Assembly (NCBI GenBank): GCA_964270895.1
Contig: OZ185435.1
Strand: one strand, 5' to 3'
DNA length: 64,000 bases
From: Podarcis filfolensis
Taxonomy: Eukaryota
Positions 27,132-39,274 of the stretch are shown one piece after another. The notes under the pieces were generated by a model, which was given only the letters and a program-made list of their open reading frames with translations, did no database searches and was not told the DNA's origin. The number at the start of each line of letters is the position of its first letter. Positions within the stretch are counted from its first letter, which is position 1. The position numbers and the translations under genes are program-made.

Positions 27132-27681
27132 ACTGGCCCGGTTCACATGTCACATGATATCTTAGTTACAACTAGCTATGGTTTATTGTGAATGTGCTGC
27201 TGAATGCTTCTAAAAAGCAGAGATGCTTTGCTCTTCTGCTGCTCATGCTGTGCTTCCGCGAAACAAGCCATGGTCTGGTATGCCATGTTGTCTAAACCTG
27301 GACTCATAATTTGTTTTCCCCAAAGTGGTAAGCCAATAACAAACCTTGGCTTCTGCTCATGGTTTGTTTGGATAAAAATAAACGATGAACTTGTGAAGCA
27401 AAACCACATCTTGTTTCACGGCAATGCGGCAGCAGCAGGAGCAGAGGGGGAGGAGCAAAATACCTGCCATTTCTCAAACATGCATTAGCATGCTACTCTC
27501 TCACATTAAAGTACAGCTTATTTTATGGTTCAATATGACATGTGAACGCGCCAGTTTGTTCTCACGCAATGGCTATTTGATCAAGACTCAAAATCAACCC
27601 ATGAACAAATGCATTTGAAGCAAACACTGTAAGCAATTGTTGAAAATAATGAAATGTCGCTTGTAGAAAGTTTCATTTTAC

Positions 27682-27793
27682 CTATTGATTTTTGTCTTCT
27701 CACGGTACCTCGTGGTACACCCAGAAACGGGCCTTGGGAACTCCCAGGGACTGTTGGTGGCATCACAGCAATCCCTTGTCTCTCATACATAGA
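27682..27793 (-). CDS. SHANK2: SHANK2 exon (SMYERQGIAVMPPTVPGSSQGPFLGVPRGTVRRQKSI)
   Basis: ttttgtag|TCT ATG TAT...TCA ATA G|gtaaa; 112 nt, phase 0 to 1. Lies within ORF 27581..27790. Confidence 0.96.
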
Positions 27794-27934
27794 CTACAAA
27801 AAACAAAAAGAAAAAATAATTGTAACTGAAGCCATAATTTAATGTTCTGTTTCATTCTCACATATAAGCCTGGTTTACATAATACCTTGGGCAGTATGGC
27901 TCCATGTCTTCATTGTCACTTTCATGCCATTCTA

Positions 27935-27936
27935 TC

Positions 27937-27979
<43 letters not shown>

Positions 27980-28000
27980 ATCTATCTGTCTGTCTGTCTA
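27935..28000. repeat. (TATC)n/(TGTC)n microsatellite
   Basis: Direct reading of the sequence. Confidence 0.95.
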
Positions 28001-29314
28001 TCTCTATCTTTATCTCTATTTCTATCTCTATTCCTGACCATGTCAGGAGGAACAGATTGCATGCTGGTGACTGGGGCAGATGTGAATAGTGTGGTTAGTA
28101 ATGATGTAATTTGGCCTAGGCAGATGGATTATATGTTACTGGAGCAGAACAGTAACATTTACAGCAGGTAGTGGCAAAATACATGCTACACTTCAAAGAA
28201 ACATGTCAACTTGGCCATAGCTTTGATATTCACTTCAAATAATAAGTGACAATTTGGGAAAAAAATACATTATACTCTACACAATTTGGCCATTATTTTG
28301 AGACATCCAAAATATTTGTTTCATTGGATATTTGGGAAATTGGGCAGATTATTTCTATATTACACAGCAAAACGGCAACACAAAAAGGTAGGTGAAGGAT
28401 CTATTCAGAACCAGACAACTGGGATGAAGGAAAACCTGGCTAATGGTACCAAATGCATTTGTAGACTAAAGTATGTCTAAGAACAGACATCCCCTTTGAA
28501 GAAAAGCACTTATAGGAAAGGATTGTTATCTTCTTCAAATGGTGGTATGTGCTACCGTACACATAGGTGACCAGAATATTGCAAAGTAAGAACTGAGAGT
28601 AGAAGCCATTAATGTAGAGCAGGTAAGGCACCATTCAAAACCCTGACTTGTGTCTGACATCAATTATTAGATAATTATCCTGCACACCTCTCCTAAACAT
28701 CTCAAGTTAGGAAAAGGAATATAAACAAGTAAGCCATAACATGCTATCCAGAAATCAACAGGTCTACAGCCACAATGCGCTAGTATTCAGCTCTGGTATG
28801 AAAAATCCCCCCCCCCCCGAAGAAACAGAAGTATATTGTTAAGTCCCCGTGACGCCTTGATATACATGGTTTCTTAAGGAAAAGGTATGGGAATTGAGGT
28901 CATATCCACAGAGGACTGGCCAGGTGGTACAAACTGTTAGACAAGAGTAGAGCAAAAGACTGCAGAATCCGTCCCTCCAAGGGTCTCTTCTTATACTAGG
29001 TCTGCATGACAGTTTCTTGTCTGCACCTTGGTATGTGCCACTTGTGTTGACATCAAACAAAGAGTCAGAGCTCCCGGGACTAAGGAAGTTTAGCAGTGCA
29101 CCCAAGAATAAGCAGGAAAAGGAAACACTCTACAATACAATACAATCACATTTATTCAGAAACCTCAGAACAGAACTAGAAACTTGTTTTCCTTGTTCAT
29201 TTACAGGGAGTAATAAAGAGATAACAACCTAAGGTATACTGTGAAAGGATAACGTCTTCTATTAGAAGACCTCACTAGTCTTCTCAGGTGACCTCAACAG
29301 TCCACAACACATTG

Positions 29315-29488
29315 ACCTCAATCTTCTTTCTCTTCCTCCCCCACAACAAACACTGTGAGGTGAGTGAGGCTGAGAGATTTCAGAGAAGTGTGACTAGTCC
29401 CAAGGTCACCCAGCAGCTGCATGTGGAGGAGCGGAGACGAGAACCCAGTTCACCAGATTACGAGTCCACCAATCTTAACCACTACACT
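29315..29488 (-). mobile_element. Squam1-like tRNA-derived SINE
   Basis: Reverse complement is roughly 88-90% identical (by eye) to the copy at 31881. A-box TAGTGGTTAAG and B-box-like GGTTC are present. Confidence 0.8.
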
Positions 29489-29503
29489 ATACTGTTTTTT
29501 ATA

Positions 29504-30010
29504 CAGTCATACCTCGGGTTACAGACGCTTTGGGTTGCGCGATTTCAGGTTGCACACCGCGCCAAACCCAGAAGTACCAGAATGGGTTACTTCCAGGTTT
29601 CAGTGCTTGTGAATGCCCATAAGTGCTAAATCACGCTTTGCGCATGCGCAGAAGCACTGAATTGCGACCTGCATGTACGCAGACACGGTACTGCGGGTTG
29701 CGAATGTGCTTCCTGCATGGATCACATTCGCAACCCGAGCGTCTACTGTATGTGATTGGGTCTCACGTTTTTGGCTGTACTGGTGTACCTCTGGTTATGA
29801 ACATAATTTGTTCCGGATATCTGTTCTTAACCCAAAACCGTTCTTATCCTGAGGCGCACTTTCACTTATGGGGCCTCCTGCAGCCGCTGCGTGACTTCCA
29901 CTCGTATCCCGGGGCAAAGTTTGCTACCAGAAGCACCTACTTCCGGGGTACCAGAGCTCATAACCCGAAGTGTTCGTAAGGAGGACGGTACGTAACCCAA
30001 GGTTCCACTG
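29504..30010. mobile_element. Tc1/mariner (Tigger-like) MITE
   Basis: TIRs CAGTCATACCTCGGGTTAC / GTAACCCAAGGTTCCACTG; TA TSD on both sides. Confidence 0.85.
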
Positions 30011-30261
30011 TATTGTTACTTGGAGTGAGACAAAACATGAGCCAGAGTCACATACAATACTACAGATACCTTCAGAAAAATGCTGAATGCAGCACACCAA
30101 CAGCTAACTAGCAGTTAACAGGCAATTTGTAAGACCAAATTTATGTGCAAGTATGTGAGAAAACTATGCACATAGCTAGAGATTTCTTTTGTTTCCATTG
30201 CAGTGGCTCACACTCCTGAATTTGCAAGCACTTTTCAATTTAAAATGCAACCTGTCTCCTC

Positions 30262-30264
<3 letters not shown>

Positions 30265-30333
<69 letters not shown>
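30265..30333. repeat. Compound (CT)n(CA)n microsatellite
   Basis: Direct reading of the sequence. Confidence 0.97.
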
Positions 30334-30334
<1 letters not shown>

Positions 30335-31744
30335 CAAGCTTTACTCAAAAATTCACATTTTTTTCATTTTAATGATGGATTTGCGGCTGTCCTCCAGTCC
30401 AGAACCTAGACTCAAATCTTTTCTTTAAAAACAAAACAAAATACACAAATAAAAGCAGCAGATGTATCATAATCTATTTTCCTCCTGAAAGAAGAATACA
30501 GCACATTTGAAGAAAGCCCGTCTCCACTCCCCAACTCCCCCCCAAAAGTAAAAAATGCTTCCTAGAGGAAGTAGATGCTAAACAGCTGGAATTTTATGCG
30601 AGAAGAAACAAGACCACTGAATAACATAAATAATTTTATAAGGCATAAGTAGTGCATAGAGAATAAAAGTGAAAACGATTATTTTGCAAATGAACAGTGA
30701 GAGAGATAAGAAGTGGGGTTCATTCCATAGCTTTACTGAAAGGCCAGCTCTATCAGACACTGCCTGTCCCTAAACTGATTCCATTCCGCGTTGTCATGAT
30801 AATAACTACTATTTAAACTTTAAGAATTGGCCTCTGAGTTTCCCCACCTTCATCCCCTGGACACTTTCCCTTCTGTGCTGTTTCTTTTTTGTTGTAAGCT
30901 GACAGACAGTGACTATCTTGATTGTATGCAAGCCACTCCAGGAGCCTTTTTGGCTGAAGACTGGGGTATAACTTTTCTAAAGAAATTTAAAATTAAAAAG
31001 ATTTTTTTAAAAAACAATGGGTTGGGGAAGATAAGTTGAGGTGGACAGGTGGACAGTCTCAATTCTTCCAAAATATTATCAAGAGATTATGCTTCTGTCC
31101 TCTGGCACTTTACTTTCTGGGAAAAGCTAAACATCTGCCTCAAGCACCTGAAAAGCACAGAATCAGAAGTTCCTGAAGTGTTACTAGGAGCCACAGAATT
31201 TAATGCCATCTTTTGCCCTGCAAACTGTGACTTGAAGGAGATACAGTTCAGAAACCGTATCTTTATACAGTGAAATAAACTGTTATCCCAAAAGCTTACT
31301 GGAAAAGGGAAAACTTTAGACTAGCTAGAAGTATCAAAGCCAGAGCCGAGCAAGACAATCAGAAGTTTCATATTTCTTTGGCATGCCTTCCCTGAGGAGG
31401 AGAATATTTATTATTCCATCCAACTGAGGTCATTACTTCCTGTACGCTGTCCATCACCAACCAGAACACACAGCAATCCAACTAACAGCAGGTCAGTTTC
31501 TCCCTTAATTCTTTCTGCCTCAGTAGGTGGGGAATCAAGAGTAGCGGATGCACACAACTTGTACAAAGCAGAGCCTTCCACACTAGTCGTGGTATTTGAA
31601 CGAAGAGCTTCTAAAGTCATATCAAATTCTATGAATGACAGTATTTGTGAAATAGGTGGCAAATTTGTCATTCTGGACAGAACACATTTCTTGAGCAACA
31701 TTTCTGATGGGAAGGAAAAGAAACACACCATACTGCACTGTAAA

Positions 31745-31800
31745 AAAGGTAAAAGGATCCCTGACCGTTAGGTCCAGTCGCGGACGACTCTGGGGTTAGG
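31745..31800 (-). mobile_element. Sauria SINE / RTE-type 3' end fragment
   Basis: aaaggtaaaaggatccctgaccgttaggtccagtcgcggacgactctgggg matches the recalled reverse-complemented (ACCTTT)-tailed end. Confidence 0.6.
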
Positions 31801-31880
31801 AAGACATTTAAGTTTATTATGTGTGATTCTTGGACAAGATCTGATTCAATATTTAGATCTATTTCATAGATCTAAATATT

Positions 31881-32120
31881 GCCAGTGTGGTGTAGTGGTT
31901 AAGAGCGGTAGACTCGTAATCTGGGGAACCGGGTTCGTGTCTCCGCTCCTCCACATGCAGCTGCTGGGTGACCTTGGGCTAGTCACACTTCTCTGAAGTC
32001 TCTCAGCCTCACTCCCCTCACAGAGTGTTCGTTGTGGGGGAGGAAGGGAAAGGAGAATGTTAGCCGCTTTGAGACTCCTTCGGGTAGTGATAAAGCGGGA
32101 CATCAAATCCAAACTCTTCT
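31881..32120 (+). mobile_element. Near full-length Squam1-like SINE
   Basis: tRNA-like head GTGGTGTAGTGGTTAAGAGC...GGGTTCG, core ccacatgcagctgctgggtgaccttgggctagtcac, and tail aaactcttct. Confidence 0.85.
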
Positions 32121-32542
32121 ATCTAGATACAGTCCCATTGCACCATTACAATAAATCATGAGGAAGGTTTTGATGTTGATTTCAAACTTTGGAAATTAGC
32201 CATTAAAAGGGCATTTGAATATACCATTGCTATGGATCCAGTTCAAGAATATGGTGTAACAAAGGTGTAATTTTACAGAACATGAATATATCACACTTAT
32301 AGAGGTGCCTCTCGTTTACTTCAATGGGACTAACTTCCAAGTAAATTTTCCTAGGAAATAAATCTTAATCCGTTACAGTGAGGAGTGTCATTCCAGAAGG
32401 TGATCATGGGCACAAGTCAGAAGAATTAAGGATAAGTGTGCAAAAAGAAAAGGAAAGCTTGGAGGATTATCCTCTACTATTAGGAATCTGGAAAGATCTT
32501 AATTTAGTCAAAATATCAGAACTCTTAAGTACATTTACTCAC

Positions 32543-32673
32543 ATTCATATCTGTAGCCGAGGGAAAGCATCTGCTGGAAGGTCGTTGTTTAATTGTTGCC
32601 ACTCTTGAGTCCACGGCTGCATTGTCTGGAATTCTTGATGGCTTGGAAACTGGTACTATTTCATCAACTTTAT
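32543..32673 (-). CDS. SHANK2: SHANK2 exon (DKVDEIVPVSKPSRIPDNAAVDSRVATIKQRPSSRCFPSATDMN)
   Basis: ttacag|AT AAA...ATG AAT|gtgagt; 131 nt, phase 1 to 0. Homologous to mammalian DKPEEIV...VATIKQRPSSRCF...DMN. Confidence 0.95.
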
Positions 32674-35600
32674 CTGTAACACAGAAATATTTGCTAAAAT
32701 AAATCTAATTTGTCCAAAGACTGAAAATCTAAATAATGCAATGTGAAATTAAGAGTTTAACTTTTTTTAAAGATGCAAATAAAAAGGGGATTTTGGCAAT
32801 TTAACAAGGCAATGCTTCAGCATCGTAAGTCGTGCAAGCCGAGCACTTTTATTGCTGCTGCGTAACATGCATGCTTTAGTTTTAAGCCTGCATGCATTTA
32901 ATGTTTACTTAGTGTGACTCGAAAAACAATCCTCTTCTTCAAACCTTCAAAATGTGAAGGGAAAATATCTATATAGAAATGGAAAGAAAACCTTTAGAAA
33001 TTTTACACCTCTAGAGCACTATTCCACACAGTAGTCACTAGAATGCTAATGAAATTTTAGACAATAATAGGTATTTTTAAGTGCTCTTTATGCTATTACT
33101 TTGTAACCTATTCCTGATGTCAGGCTATTAGACAAAACGATTTGGCACTGCTATAACAGCACTTTTTAAAGTCTCTTAAATATGCAAATACTTAATTTTC
33201 TATGGACTTCTAAATGTTAAATGAATCATACTTAGGTCCAATGAGTCAAGTTTCAAATCTTCATTAGAAACTTTGCTATAAGCCTGGCAATTAATATCTC
33301 AGGGCTAATTCTCATGGCCACGTTGTTAGTAGCAAACCACTTTCTAAACTCTGGAGTACTATTTTCCTGCATTTGCCTATGAGGAAGTAGTCATGAAACA
33401 TTTTGACCGCAAACTCAGATGGTGTTACTGTTTGCCACAAATGTTCAAAGAGTATGTTTGAGTGATGGCCATCAAACTGTGATCTCAAAGTCATAGTATG
33501 ACCACTTCACTATGGATAAAAGGTAGGAAAACTAATCTGAGCTGGATAAATAAAAGCAGCCCGTCACAGACAAGGTTATGAAGAGAATCAGCCCTCAGTT
33601 TTAAGTGAGCTATAGAGGCCAACCACACAAAATTTATCTCTACCCTTTGTAGCACAGGGAAATTTGGATCCAATAGGCACAATGCAGAATGCGACAAATT
33701 ACAAACACAAACCAAAATAGAAGCAATCGATACAAGTGATTTCCTTTTAAGATGCAAGAGGAATGTTCAAATCTAGAGTTAGGCAACAACTGGATTATAG
33801 CATTATACAATGGGTATCATCCCTTTGTATTTATGTTGAAACTGAGTCATTTTACTGATCTAAGATCACACATCAATTCATCCTCCACACTTGGAATAAG
33901 AGCCAACCTTATACTATAAAAAATAGTCCTATATTCTTTCTTTGCCACACCTTCAGTATCAATGTTCAGAGAATGCAGTCAGATTATATATATGCAGTGG
34001 TGTTTTTTTAACATTTAGATTATCAAAGCAAAGTTAGCAAAATATTCATCCTAACCACAGGGCCCTGGATACTCAGCATATATGCATACATAAAAAGTTA
34101 TGTAACAACTGGAAGAGACTCCACCAATTTCTTTTTTTCATCATGTCCGACAACTGAAGTCTTAAAGGCATCATACTTCCCAACTGATTTTTCTAGAATT
34201 AAATACAAAATACCTGCATTGCAAACTGCTTTAGGAAGAAAGAGAAACTAGCCCATTAGTTACCAACTCAATACAGTCACCTCAATAATTTTCTACAGAC
34301 AATTCCACCCATGCATAGTGTTGAAATTAGAGATTGTAATTAGATATGTAGAGCATATTCATCTCTTAAGAGTGTGGTTTAGAATGGTATATGGGAAAAG
34401 GAAAATGGATTTTAATGTAGCACATCTAGTTAAATGCAGAGACGCTTCCTGAACCAGAGCCCCGTGTGTGCTGCAATGTGCACAAGGAGCCCCTGCATGT
34501 GTGGGTTTCTCAAATCACAGCAGTGGATGGAAAAGATCTATGTGCATATCTCTATGCATGTGATACCAGAGATGCCTCGACCACTGAAGTGAATGGAGAA
34601 GATCCTGTGGCTGGGTGAGATCAGAGCCCTTGTGCCCACAAGGGATAGCTGGATCAGGGCAATGGTGTTTATAGGAATCACAGTTAACTTCTCTACCTGT
34701 GAAGAAAATTGTCATAGAAAAGCAGATTCTTAAGTCACTGAGAAGGCTCAAGATCTACTGCCAACATCATGGAACTGGACAATGCTATAGATTATTTGTA
34801 AATATCAATATCTTTCAGTATTCTATTTTTTTTGCCTGCTTTTTAAAAGATTCAAATGTGATGTGAAAGATTTATACTCAATTTAGCAGAAATCTGAATT
34901 CTGTCTTTCAAACTATGACTAAACCTTTCCAATTTGCAGTAAAACATAAACCTTACAGGTTTCACCTTTGACATTTGGGTATGCTGGTATATCCACCACC
35001 AAGAGGGAAGATTTTGTGTTATGCCTCTCTAGTCCTGTAAATGATGCCACAAACCTTTTGTGATCAACAGTGAAAGATTTTGAAGATGGGAAGTATTTGT
35101 TACTCAATGTCTGCAAGTAATGTAATATTCCATATAAAAACTCATAACTTTTGTAACTGAAAAGACACACGTAGCCATATTTCTAGCCAGACAATGAGAA
35201 CTACAGGGAAATAATGAATAGGCTTTGACAGATACAAGAAAAAAGCATGGGTATATTCACTTTGAAAATGATAAAAACCATGCATACCTCCATTATTTTG
35301 CAAGACAGTATTGGAAGTCTGATCCAAGCACTAGATCTGACTACAATATCAGTTTGCAGGTATTCACTAACAAAATCTGATATTGCCACCACACATTAGG
35401 TTAGTGGGAAACTCTATCTTTTGTTGATCTTATTATTGTCAGCTCATTTTTCCTTGCCCTACAGCTTTTTCCACTCAAATGGCAGGTATTGCAACCCTTT
35501 CTAATCACAGATAGCTGAAACAAGTTGGAATGGGGAGGGGGCTTTGTATATTACTGCAAAGAATGAATTTTGTGCTGATTTTTTTTTAATCGCATACTGA

Positions 35601-36062
35601 AGTTGGGATGCAGTATAACCCAATGAATTAAATGTATTAAATTTAGGGAGGAAATCTGGACTTTCCAACAATGGTTATGTTTGAACTGTAGTATATTTGT
35701 CAAATTCTGAATACCCCCCCTCCCCAATTCCATCACACTTTTAGAGTGACATAATGCAAATAAACACATCTTCATTATATTGTAGATCTAGGCTGATCTC
35801 AGGATGTTTGTGGAACTCCATGTATTTCCCTTTTCAAACATATTAATAAAAGGCTAATTTTCAAAGAGCTCTGCAGCTTGTTTTTGTTTAGGACTTTGAA
35901 AGCTACATTGGAACCTTAACAACTTGCGTTTCATACTTGCTTGTGACACTTCCCCTTAGTTGTTGTTTTTTAATGTAATTTTGTAAGAATGTGTATTCTT
36001 GCATCATGATTCTTACATGCTTCAATTTGAAATGTATTTATTTATAAAGGCATCTATATATA

Positions 36063-36222
36063 CCATATTTTTCCGTGTATAAGACTAGGTTTTTTTCCTT
36101 AAAAATTATGTCAAAAATGAGGGGGTGTCTTATACATGGGGCCATCTCCCCCCATTTTCTTAAATTTGAGTCCCCCAAAATAGTCTTATACATGGAGGCA
36201 TCTTATAGACGGAAAAATACGG
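36063..36222. mobile_element. Tc1/mariner MITE
   Basis: TIRs CCATATTTTTCCGTGTATAAGA / TCTTATAGACGGAAAAATACGG; TA TSDs. Confidence 0.85.
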
Positions 36223-37931
36223 TATATTATGTTTAACAAACAAACAAGAAATAAAACAGGCACAGATGGGGCACAAGTGGTATGCAGGTGTGAAAGGTCA
36301 TCCCTGACAGACCGGGTGCATTTAGAGTTTATGGTCAAGACAGCACACCCATGACAGCTCATCTCTCAGGACAGATACCTGAACCGTACGTTGTGCCTGC
36401 ATGAGGGGTTAGCCCACACTAGCTGCATTTCACCATTAGCCCAGTCACTTAGCAAAAAGCAGCCACAAGCAAATATTTCACTAAGAAGCATATTATGGCT
36501 GGTTTGTACTGCAGCAAAATGCTTCTTGCTCTCAGGTTTTCTTCCGTCTGAAACAAGAGTAGGTGGAAGAGATGGCCCACATGGTCCACAGCCTGTTTAG
36601 ATACAGCCACAAACTTGGATTTAGATATGGGCTTGATAAATATGCTCTCACAAATATGCTCTTTAGGGAATTTAGCTCCAAAGTGAAACTGGAAAGTGAA
36701 GCAGGGCCTACACTGTGCCTGTAACAGTGGTGGTGACCACACAACCCAGTTTGGTGGTGAAAACAGGATGATCTTGAGTACCACTCAGAAGCCACTCTGT
36801 ATTCCTTATATGCATCTAGATGCTTTTGTGTCCCGCTTTTTAACAAACCCTCACAGAGGCAGTCCCAACAGTAATAAAAATGCTCTCCAACCCATGTGCA
36901 TTTGTTATCTGCCTAGTGTGCTAGGACCACTCTTAGCATCAGTAAATGAGGTGGCCTAAAGGAAGAGGAGAGATTTTCATATCGTCTGCAATGCAAAGCT
37001 GTTATTTAGACATTGTGGCACAGAACGCAACAGCGTGTTATGACTCTTAAATTCTGAGAAGGTCTGGCTACAAGGAAGGCGATTGCTTTGATCTGTAAGT
37101 GTCTGTGATAGTATTAGGGATAGTTTCTCCTATGATATTTCTTTATGGGATTCACATATAATAAATGCATTGCTATTTTCCTCTGTTTCTAAATCTCCAA
37201 ACTTCCCCATGGGATAACAATGTTGCTCGCCAAACCATCAGTTCAACAAGGAAGGAGCTTTTGAAAGTGTAGTTCATGTGCCTAGATAGGTTTGCTGGCA
37301 CAGTTTTTGTACAAGTCACAAGTGCTGCAATATAGTCCTGGCATGTTGCTTATTACACAACCCAGCCAAGATATGTAATTTCCACAAAATAGGCAAGAGA
37401 TTAATCTGGTCAGACCCACAGAGGATAAGATTATTATCAAAAAAGGCACTTACAGGCTAATCCCAACACCTCAGGCCAGCATGCCAGAAACACCAGGCAA
37501 AGACTGATCGAACACAATTTCTGAGGCGAATATTGCCAAGACCCACATACTTACCAAAAACTCCAGAATGCTTGCTCAGAGGGAAAGGGGGAAGGGGGGA
37601 TAATGGAAAAAGAAAACTCAAAAAACAACTGTGTCCAGAAATGATTTGTATTTGTAAGAAAAGCAATGAATGTCTGGCACAGTGTAAAAAAATGCTCTCA
37701 TGAAGCTGAAGTGAAAGAACAGAAGCAAATGTTCTTCAAATACCAGTAGCACACATTGTTAACAATGCAAATATAAACTACAAAATGTAAGACTAATCTA
37801 GTCAGCCAGAATACAATGTTAGCCAAATGTAAAAATGGTCAAGTTCTGCCACTCATGGCCTTATGGCTAAGAATTAAAAGGACAGGCACATTAAAAAAAA
37901 CCCTTAAAAATACTATCACTAGTGTGATAAA

Positions 37932-38788
37932 TTATTTTTTCTTCCCTCCCCCCTTTGCTTGGCGCATGGGCATGGGCAACGAGGCCCTTTCTGTTATGGC
38001 TCTCTGCATTCGGCCACTGCGACGAGGCAGTGTGGCTTGCAGTGTTTCTTGAGAGTCATTAATCCCTTCATCCCTTGGTAAGTATCCAGTGGGCATCGCC
38101 ACTGCATCCTCACCAGTCCACGTTGAGGCACTCGTTAACTCAACATGAGGGGTGGCTCTTTGGGAGATACGTGTTTCAAGGACCTGTGTCCTTGGTTGTT
38201 TGAGGAAAGCTAAAATCTCAGACAGGTAGTTATGGATGGCTCTTGTGGATGTAGCCACAATGCCTAGCTGCAGCTCCATCCGGCCCATGGACTGGGACAT
38301 GAGACCCATGGACTGTGCATGCTCTCTCTTGATATTTTCCAGCAGCTGTACAATCCTACTATTGGTTTCCATTAATAACCTCTCTCCCTCTGTCAGCTGA
38401 GTTTGCCCTCTCCAACCCCGATCCCTAGGGACAGGCTGAACACCATGGTGCTCTTCGTTCATTTCATCATTTCCCTCCACAGGAGAGTCACTCTCATATT
38501 GGGGAGTCCTACTGAGAGACTGATCCCCAGGAGATTGTATGTCCATTGTACACTGCGGAGTCCGCTCTGGTGTTGGAAATCCCTCAAAATCTTCCCCCAG
38601 GTTGCTGTGTGTTTCAGATGATGACAATGGCCATGGCCAACTCTCTGTAGTTCTGGCTGGTGAATCTTCATCAGAAGCTGGCACTGAAGATTCTTGCTCT
38701 TCTGCAGGTGTGGATGGTGAACTTCCTCTCTGGTGCCTGGGCTGTCCAGAAGATCCAGGAACCTCCCCATCTTGCTGCCCAGTGACAT
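37932..38788 (-). CDS. Nested intronic ORF: acidic/Ser-Pro linker, predicted coiled-coil and basic tail; putative last exon of a Harbinger-type Myb/SANT-like protein
   Basis: 287-codon stop-free frame (TTG start in the track) with acceptor tcctctatttgattgccag| at 38789. An upstream segment resembles the C-terminal helix of a Myb/SANT domain. Confidence 0.4.
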
Positions 38789-39086
38789 CTGGCAATCAAA
38801 TAGAGGAGCAACAACCACTGTATCTGAGGCCAGGCAGATGGAGGAATCTACATACATTGGACAACACACAGAAAGAAGCCAGTTGGGAAACCAGAGTGTT
38901 TGTGTTTGGGCAAATAGTTGGGCAGACTAAAATTTAGAGACTGAAAAGTGCAGGTGGCACTTCATAAAATGCACACCGTGCTGCACCCATAACACATACA
39001 ACTGTACTGGATCCCAAAGAACATCTTTCAATACACCTTATTGTGATTGTGACAGTAAATGTCTGTGAACCTAGCAAAAAGCTCAC

Positions 39087-39274
39087 CTATGCATTGTAGT
39101 GATGTCACAGTCAGAAATCTCTGTGATGAACTTTGAGTCAACTTTCCAAGCGACCTGAGCTTCCTGTGGTGTCAGATGTGCTCCACCACTGGCTTGTGTG
39201 GCAACTTTTGAAGCACTGCTTGCTATCTTCTCTTTTGTCCGGCGTTTCATCTCACCCCTAAACTCCTTCCAGAA
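39087..39274 (-). pseudogene. Partial Myb/SANT-like segment (FWKEFRGEMKRRTKEKIA...SGGAHLTPQEAQVA...ITEISDCD)
   Basis: Translated by hand; ends at AG|gtgagc. Resembles the WNDFKRRTKEKLA motif of MYPOP-type proteins and the following GG..LT..E motif, as recalled. An in-frame TAA at 39275-39277 lies just upstream. Confidence 0.45.

Noticed and set aside
27464-27472. In-frame 9-nt AAATGGCAG flanked by gag| and |gtattt
   Set aside because: The acceptor is weak, the pyrimidine tract is short, and the peptide matches no recalled Shank2 insert.
36361-36960. Possible Harbinger transposase partner for the nested Myb-like ORF (KMLLALRFSS)
   Set aside because: There is only one weak motif, many stops, no DDE motifs and no TIRs.
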